NCBI GenBank assembly: GCA_963664435.2
Contig: CAXXKM010000001.1
Location: 1,408,001 to 1,472,000 of the forward strand
DNA: 64,000 bases
Direction: 5' to 3'
From: Longimicrobiales bacterium
GTDB taxonomy: Bacteria > Gemmatimonadota > Gemmatimonadetes > Longimicrobiales > Gaopeijiaceae
Positions 58,701 to 64,000 of this stretch are shown here, in pieces. The position numbers and the translations under genes were made by a program. The first letter of the stretch is position 1. Each line of letters opens with the position of its first letter. Under the pieces are notes generated by a model. It saw only the letters and a program-made list of their open reading frames with translations, had not been told where the DNA came from and made no database searches.

Positions 58701-60004
58701 TCGGGTCCATCCGTCCCCTCGTACAGGGCTGTAAGGATCTCGCGGTCGGACAGCGGCGGGCATTGCACCCCCGTGCCCTCGTGCCGCGCAAGGCCGGAGA
58801 GCCACTCTTGGAACGATCCTCCGGTCGGAGCGCACAGGCCCGTGTTCGCATAGCGCAGCTCCTCGAGCGGTGTGCGGGAGAGCCCGGTCGGCAGCCGGCC
58901 GGAAAGGGCCGGGTTGTCGCCGATAAGGAGACGGGTCATCGAAGCTAGGTCGCCCAAGCTCGCGGGCAGGCGGCCGACGAGCCCGTTGGCGGCGAGAGCG
59001 AGCGATGCCACCCTGCCGGTGGAATCGGTCTCGACGCCGTACCAGTCCTCCAAGACAACGTCGCCCACCCAGCCGTCCGAGTTCTTCCAGCCCGAGCCAC
59101 CGGTCGTCCGGTGCAGGTCTTCGAGCACCTGAGCGTCCAACTCATTGCAGTATGGGCCCCTAACAATCCGAATGCCCTGTAGCCAAGCCACGAACCGCGC
59201 GGTGCCCGGGGCGCATAGCCCACGATTCCACGCAAACTCGAAGAGAGTGAGGTTAGTCAGCTTCAAGAAGCTCTGGGGAATCAGGCCGGTTAGCTGATTC
59301 CCGTCGAGGCTAAGCTCCACCAGTTTCGTAAGATTGCCGAGTTTGACCGGGATCGTCCCAGTGAGGTCGTTGCCGTGGAGTTGCGCGTATTGCAAGTTGA
59401 CCATGCCACCGAGTTCCGCAGGTATGATGCCTGATAGTTCGTTGCCTGCGAGGCTCATCTGGCCGACGTTGGCCAGATCGCCTAAGCTCGGCGGAATGGG
59501 ACCCGTCAACCTGTTGCGGGCGAGCCAAAGAGTTCCCAGGTTGGCCAGCCGACCCAATTCGGCAGGGATGAGACCGGACAGGTTGTTGTCGGCCATATCA
59601 AGCCGAACGAGTTGAGCCAACCTGCCCAAGTCGGATGGCATGCTGCCCGACAGCCCGTTCTCTTCGAGTTCGAGTGCGGTAACCCGTCCGGCCGCATCCG
59701 TCCGCACGCCGTGCCAGTCCCCGAGCGGCGCATCGGTCAGCCAGTTGGTGTCATTGACCCAATTCGGCCCGTCGGTTGCGTTGTAGAACGCGACCAGGAT
59801 GTCGCGGTCGCCGGCCCGTGCCATCACCATCGCGCCGGGTGCGGCACCGTTTGCGACGGCCGTCGGCGGCGGACCGACTACCGGCTCGTCCGCGCAGGCG
59901 GCAACCCATGCAACCGCCAGGAGCGTGGCTGCCCGAACGCTCGCTTGCCACGCGCTCCGCGCCGGCTGCGGCTGAATGCGATGGAGTTGAAGTTCGCTTC
60001 TCAT
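55757..60004 (-). CDS. Lipoprotein with three LRR blocks and a C-terminal zinc metallopeptidase (M66-like)
   Basis: Lipobox VAAC; LRR caps DRDILVAFYNATDGPNW; HEFGHNRNLYH and DFMSYC; alternative GTG start at 60034. Confidence 0.92.
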   Translation of the reverse strand: MRSELQLHRIQPQPARSAWQASVRAATLLAVAWVAACADEPVVGPPPTAVANGAAPGAMVMARAGDRDILVAFYNATDGPNWVNDTNWLTDAPLGDWHGVRTDAAGRVTALELEENGLSGSMPSDLGRLAQLVRLDMADNNLSGLIPAELGRLANLGTLWLARNRLTGPIPPSLGDLANVGQMSLAGNELSGIIPAELGGMVNLQYAQLHGNDLTGTIPVKLGNLTKLVELSLDGNQLTGLIPQSFLKLTNLTLFEFAWNRGLCAPGTARFVAWLQGIRIVRGPYCNELDAQVLEDLHRTTGGSGWKNSDGWVGDVVLEDWYGVETDSTGRVASLALAANGLVGRLPASLGDLASMTRLLIGDNPALSGRLPTGLSRTPLEELRYANTGLCAPTGGSFQEWLSGLARHEGTGVQCPPLSDREILTALYEGTDGPDWEESGNWLADAPLGTWYGVETDADGRVVSLKLVRNGLEGPIPPELGELTELETLSLWGNRLSGPIPPELGELTELKLLALHRNQLSGSIPAELGALAGAEYVALSINSLSGPIPAELGALPRLQELHLNNNQLTSVPAELGGLVSLKELALEYNRLTSVPPELGRLASLQVLWILGNELMTVPADLGELHNLQVLRLGANMLTSVPPEFGSLVSLLLLDIGSNRLSSVPRELGRLDNLEVLWLHQNDLTSIPNDLGNLGNLEWLALEHNRLSSVPPGLGGMASLELLELASNKFASFPRELATLPNLSFLDLAGNQLTDVPTGLVGAGVAQRLALSASDPPAAHKTLREPRSPWESSQGIRSMAVSTKPDELGHLAGQDWTRRDRSSRAVRSRSVSFPSLEILDLSSNKFSGSLPVGLLEFTGIASLGLAGNAGLAGPLPLGLTALEHLEDLHTTGTGLCAPADPEFLDWLEGVTRQRVAHCARDGDAAAYLTQAVQSREFPVPLVAGESALLRVFVTAKQGAAAMPPVRATFYRDGAVTHVADIPGASDLIPAKIDESSLGRSVNAEIPGRVIQPGLEVVIEPDPDGTLDPALGVARRIPAAGRMAVDVRAMPVFEVTLVPFIWQESPDSSIIATVAAMAADPEGHELFERTHLLLPVSEIDATAHPPVATSTNNGFELLAEAEMIRVAEGGRGHYLAVMAGPTGPGGLLGVANGIGSWSSFSVLDSETIAHEFGHNRNLYHAPCGGAGGPDRYYPYGEGNIGAWGYDFGTGELVPPGQPDFMSYCEPTWTSDYQFTNAVRYRLETETGSILIAAADVAQAASGRALLVWGGLDGEGAPRLRPSFFIDAPPALPEADGPWSLTGTDDAGTELFSLAFAMSEFTDTEDQRAGFSFAVPVTWTQELVAITLQGPGGSIGLDRDTDLPMTILRDPATGRIRGILDGAPQAPAPSRVPAAAAANAQDIEVLFSRGIPNRGNER

Positions 60005-60017
60005 GTCGTCCGGTCCT

Positions 60018-61934
60018 TTACCCGTCTCCGCCACGCTGTCCGTCGAGCGGGGCGTATACGTGGATTCGGATGGCCGATGGGTCGCGAGCGGCCCGGCCGT
60101 GCCCGGCCGAGGGCGCGGCGATCGTCAGCCGCGCGCCATCGGAGCAGTTGTTGCGCGTGTTGGATTCGTCCGTCACGGCATTGACGCACAGGCCGATGTA
60201 GATGGTGCCCGGCGCGCTGCCGGCGTTGACCGAGATCGTTAGCGGGAACGCACGTTCCTCCTTGGCGCGTAGCGGCGCAAACGAGTACGACCCGATCTCG
60301 GTGTCGCGGGCGCTGATGATCGGATTCGGGGACCTCATGGCGCGGATCCTTGTCGCCCCCGACGCGACGGTGCCCTGGTTGCGGACGTGGAACATGAACG
60401 TCGCCGATTCGCCCGGCGTCAGCATAGCGAAGACCGGTGCCACGCCCGTGAACGTGAGGTCCGGTCCAAGCGCCACGACGGTGGCCTCGAAGGTCTGGGT
60501 GGCGGTAAGCCCTCCGGGGTCGGAGGCGGAGACCGTGATCGTGGCGGAGCCCTGAGCGAATGCCGCGATGGTGAGGGTCGAGCCCGACACCGAAACGGCG
60601 GCGACCGACGGGTCCGACGACGACGCGCCGTAGCTGAGCGCGTCCCCGTCGGGATCCGTGAAGTGCACCGAGACATCGACCGTCGCCGTCTCGCCGGCGT
60701 GGACCGTCTGGTCCGGCATCGGGATCGCCGGTTCGGGCGCCCGGTTGGGAACAGTCGTCTCGAAGGTCTGGGTGGCGGTAAGCTCTCCGGGGTCGGAGGC
60801 GGAGACCGTGATCGTGGCGGAGCCCTGAGCGAGTGCCGCGATGGTGAGGGTCGAGCCCGACACCGAAACGGCGGCGACCGACGGGTCCGACGACGACGCG
60901 CCGTAGCTGAGCGCGTCCCCGTCGGGATCCGTGAAGTGCACCGAGACATCGAGCGTCGCCGTTTCGCCGGTATGGACCGTCTGGTCCGGGATCGGGATCG
61001 CCGGTTCGGGCGCCCGGTTGGGAACAGTCGTCTCGAAGGTCTGGGTGGCGGTGAGCCCTCCGGGGTCGGAGGCGGAGACCGTGATCGTGGCGGAGCCCTG
61101 AGCGAATGCCGCGATGGTGAGGGTCGAGCCCGACACCGAGACGGCGGCCACCGACGGGTTCGACGACGACGCGCCGTAGCTGAGCGCATCCCCGTCGGGA
61201 TCCGTGAAGTGCACCGAGACATCGACCGTCGCCGTCTCGCCGGCGTGGACCGTCTGGTCCGGCATCGGGATCGCCGGTTCGGGCGCCCGGTTGGGAACAG
61301 TCGTCTCGAAGGTCTGGGTGGCGGTAAGCTCTCCGGGGTCGGAGGCGGAGACCGTGATCGTGGCGGAGCCCTGAGCGAGTGCCGCGATGGTGAGGGTCGA
61401 GCCCGACACCGAAACGGCGGCGACCGACGGGTCCGACGACGACGCGCCGTAGCTGAGCGCGTCCCCGTCGGGATCCGTGAAGTGCACCGAGACATCGAGC
61501 GTCGCCGTTTCGCCGGTATGGACCGTCTGGTCCGGGATCGGGATCGCCGGTTCGGGCGCCCGGTTGGGAACAGTCGTCTCGAAGGTCTGGGTGGCGGTGA
61601 GCCCTCCGGGGTCGGAGGCGGAGACCGTGATCGTGGCGGAGCCCTGAGCGAATGCCGCGATGGTGAGGGTCGAGCCCGACACCGAGACGGCGGCCACCGA
61701 CGGGTTCGACGACGACGCGCCGTAGCTGAGCGCATCCCCGTCGGGATCCGTGAAGTGCACCGAGACATCGACCGTCGCCGTCTCGCCGGCGTGGACCGTC
61801 TGGTCCGGCATCGGGATCGCCGGTTCGGGCGCCCGGTTGGGAACAGTCGACGGTGCCGCTGGCCCATCGCCGCAGGCCGCCGTCAGGATCGTCGCCAATA
61901 GCGCGACGCCGACATGGTTGCCTTGGGGTCTCAC
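60018..61934 (-). CDS. Lipoprotein with five tandem Ig-like domains and a CARDB-like domain
   Basis: Lipobox TAAC; 5 x 91-aa units PNRAP...FTDPDGDAL...TQTF; C-terminal PDL...VRNQG...DESNTRNN. Confidence 0.9.
   Translation of the reverse strand: MRPQGNHVGVALLATILTAACGDGPAAPSTVPNRAPEPAIPMPDQTVHAGETATVDVSVHFTDPDGDALSYGASSSNPSVAAVSVSGSTLTIAAFAQGSATITVSASDPGGLTATQTFETTVPNRAPEPAIPIPDQTVHTGETATLDVSVHFTDPDGDALSYGASSSDPSVAAVSVSGSTLTIAALAQGSATITVSASDPGELTATQTFETTVPNRAPEPAIPMPDQTVHAGETATVDVSVHFTDPDGDALSYGASSSNPSVAAVSVSGSTLTIAAFAQGSATITVSASDPGGLTATQTFETTVPNRAPEPAIPIPDQTVHTGETATLDVSVHFTDPDGDALSYGASSSDPSVAAVSVSGSTLTIAALAQGSATITVSASDPGELTATQTFETTVPNRAPEPAIPMPDQTVHAGETATVDVSVHFTDPDGDALSYGASSSDPSVAAVSVSGSTLTIAAFAQGSATITVSASDPGGLTATQTFEATVVALGPDLTFTGVAPVFAMLTPGESATFMFHVRNQGTVASGATRIRAMRSPNPIISARDTEIGSYSFAPLRAKEERAFPLTISVNAGSAPGTIYIGLCVNAVTDESNTRNNCSDGARLTIAAPSAGHGRAARDPSAIRIHVYAPLDGQRGGDG
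60480..61847. repeat. Five near-identical 273-bp tandem repeats (A-B-A-B-A/B mosaic)
   Basis: CCGGTTGGGAACAG recurs at 60741, 61014, 61287, 61560 and 61833. Confidence 0.95.
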
Positions 61935-62115
61935 TGCCCGCTACCCGCCTTGGCGGCGGCTCCCCAACCCTAACCGATCAATGCTACTGAATTGCGGCGA
62001 ATGTGCGCGACAGCGGTGCTGACGTGGCCCGCGAGAGCCGCAAGGAAGAAAAGGAGGGGGTCGGTGGGTGGACAGAGAAAGCGCCGATGCGCGGGAAATC
62101 GCCGAGTTTATAGCC

Positions 62116-62225
62116 GGCTCGGCTCGGCTCGGCTCGGCTCGGCTCGGCTCGGCTCGGCTCGGCTCGGCTCGGCTCGGCTCGGCTCGGCTCGGCTCGGCTC
62201 GGCTCGGCTCGGCTCGGCTCGGCTC
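62116..62225. repeat. Perfect pentanucleotide microsatellite (GGCTC)22
   Basis: 22 perfect copies counted directly, followed by GGCTT. Confidence 0.97.
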
Positions 62226-62966
62226 GGCTTCTTAACGATGCCCCGTAATCAATACTCATGGCCGAGTCAACTCCCATCGCTCCGGCTGTCGGCTTCTCAG
62301 GAATCATGAAAGCTACAGAAGGCTCCCCTCGCCAGCAAACGCCATGGGTGACCGGGGGAGGTGCAGGCGCATCCGCGCGATGCCCATCATCGGTGCGTCA
62401 GGTGCCTTCGCGGGCGACCGCCTCCGCCTCGCGCCCGTCCGGTCGCTCCTTCGGGCAACGGTGGCGGTCTCCGCCACCACCGCGTTCCCTACCCCTCGTG
62501 AACCCAAGATCCGTCGATCACGGCGGCGTTCCGGTTCGTAGCTCCCCCGAAATCTCTCACAAACGTCCGAAAATGGCCTGTGAGCCCGTCGTGGAAATGC
62601 CGGTGCGCCAGATCAGGTCTCGGTGCCCGCGAGTCGGCTCGCGGCAGCGGCCGGCACCGCGCCCCTGCAGGTTGGACCGCCGATGCGCCCGAACGACACG
62701 GCGCTTCGGCACATGTGCGAAGCAGGCCTCCGGGAACTTCGGCGAAGAGGAGGAGCGGGGCGCGGAAGTCCCGCCAATCAAGTACGTTTTTCCCGCTTTC
62801 GCGGCACGGCCCAGCAAGGTTCAGTACAACGGCAGGAAGCGCAGATCGTGCAGCCCTGTATGACTTTATAAGATTTTCTGCCGTGATGCAGGCCACCCTT
62901 GCTCCGCCGTTACGTGAGGGTTGGTGCGGGTGATCGTTCCGTTACCGTCCGTCGTCCTTCAGCGGC

Positions 62967-63782
62967 CTAGCGCCCCTGCGTCAGTTCGCGGATCTGGCGC
63001 ACCGCCGCCTCCACCTTGAGCTGGACGCCCATTCTGCCGTAGACCACCGAGGCCTTGGTGGGATCGCCGGACACGCCGCTGCCCTCATACCCGCCCCCGG
63101 GTGCGAGCTCGCCCTGGCGGATGTGCTCGGGCGCGATGTAGAGAAGCTGGGACGTGTCGCTGATGCCGGCGTGCCCGCCGATGGTCGCCGCGTCGTAGCC
63201 GTGCTCCTCCATGAGCCAGTCGCGGAAGCCGTTGCCCGAGTAGTAGTCGCCGACGAAGTGGACCCGGCCCTCCTTCCCTGCGCCCGCCCACTCCTCGTTC
63301 AGCATCTCGGACACGGTGCGCATGCCGTTCTGGTTTCCGCCGCTGTCGCCGATGAAGACGATGTCGGTGAAGCCGTGCACCTCGAGGCTCCGGGCCGCGT
63401 ATTCCAGCAGCTTCATGAAGTGCTCGTTGGGAAGCGTGATCGCCCCCGCGTAGCGCATGTGTCCGGTGGGCCCGTCGGGCCCGTCGATGGCGCCTTCGGG
63501 AACATAGGCGATGACCGGCGCCACCAGCGCGTTCCCCAGCTCGCGCGCGATCAGGTCCGACGCGTGGTTGATGATGAACTTGTGCTTGCCGAGCACCATG
63601 TGGGGCCCGTTCTGCTCGGTGCCCGCGGTGGGCACGATGATGGTCGTGACCCCCTCGTCGATGGCGGCCCGCACCTCGGTCCAGGTCAACTCGTCGAGGA
63701 AGACGGTGTTGGGCCGCTGCGCGGCGGCGGCGCTCGCGGTCACGAGTACGGCAAGGGTGGCGGAAGTCAGCGTGCGGATCAT
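62967..63782 (-). CDS. Creatininase family protein with signal peptide
   Basis: LTWTEV, TEQNGPHM, DSGGN, GGHAGISDT, GVSGDP. Confidence 0.9.
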   Translation of the reverse strand: MIRTLTSATLAVLVTASAAAAQRPNTVFLDELTWTEVRAAIDEGVTTIIVPTAGTEQNGPHMVLGKHKFIINHASDLIARELGNALVAPVIAYVPEGAIDGPDGPTGHMRYAGAITLPNEHFMKLLEYAARSLEVHGFTDIVFIGDSGGNQNGMRTVSEMLNEEWAGAGKEGRVHFVGDYYSGNGFRDWLMEEHGYDAATIGGHAGISDTSQLLYIAPEHIRQGELAPGGGYEGSGVSGDPTKASVVYGRMGVQLKVEAAVRQIRELTQGR

Positions 63783-63814
63783 GGGTCCTCCCGGAAGGCG
63801 CGTCAGCGATGTCG

Positions 63815-64000
63815 TCACGGCTGTAGAATGGTGCATCCCTGCGTCTGCCGCGACTCCAGCGCGCGATGGGCCTCGGCGGCTTCTGAAAGCGGAAAGCGCT
63901 GGCCGATGTTGAGCCGGATGCGCCCGGCCTGGATGTGCCCGAGCAGTTCGCCGGATGCTTCTTCCAGGTCCTCGCGCCGGTCGATGTAGGGCTTGAGCGA
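63815..64000 (-). CDS. NADPH:quinone oxidoreductase (MDR family), 3' end only
   Basis: Manual translation SLKPYIDRREDLEEASGELL...IGQRFPLSEAAEAHRALESRQTQGCTILQP*. Confidence 0.85.
   Translation of the reverse strand, partial: SLKPYIDRREDLEEASGELLGHIQAGRIRLNIGQRFPLSEAAEAHRALESRQTQGCTILQP

Noticed and set aside
60480..62225. Possible CRISPR array
   Set aside because: The repeats are contiguous with no unique spacers, and there are no cas genes
61984..62309. SRAEP and ARLGS repeat ORFs
   Set aside because: Translations of the microsatellite; no independent coding evidence

Overview
High-GC bacterial chromosome segment. Gene content (TonB receptor, VPS10/BNR hydrolases, many lipoproteins, LRR/Ig eukaryote-like proteins, DUF1640 paralogs, many toxin-antitoxin modules) resembles host-associated Gemmatimonadota such as sponge symbionts; this is an inference. 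Nutrient and housekeeping genes include TolC, TonB receptor, amidohydrolases, tdk, M14 peptidase, BCCT, Mo-oxidoreductase, nitrilase, ALDH, creatininase and a quinone oxidoreductase. Three accessory zones lie among them. (i) About 15.5-33 kb is a defence/TA zone: Fic, a DUF429-HIT fusion coupled to a frameshifted HNH nuclease, two DUF433/PIN pairs, a type II R-M pair, a membrane protein plus vWA-like pair, and remnants missed or only partly shown by the ORF track (YefM, macrodomain, GIY-YIG). (ii) About 44.2-51.1 kb holds a tyrosine integrase, a complete IS with TIRs and a 4-bp TSD, a highly structured non-coding segment, a tandem-domain putative DNA-binding protein and a dynamin-like GTPase. 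(iii) About 51.7-62.2 kb is a five-gene surface-protein cluster (Ig repeats, LRR-metalloprotease, LRR-Ig, split C2-like protein, small lipoprotein) directly downstream of a perfect (GGCTC)22 microsatellite, a candidate phase-variable host-interaction locus. No rRNA, tRNA or CRISPR array was recognised. All family calls come from motif recognition by eye, not database searches.
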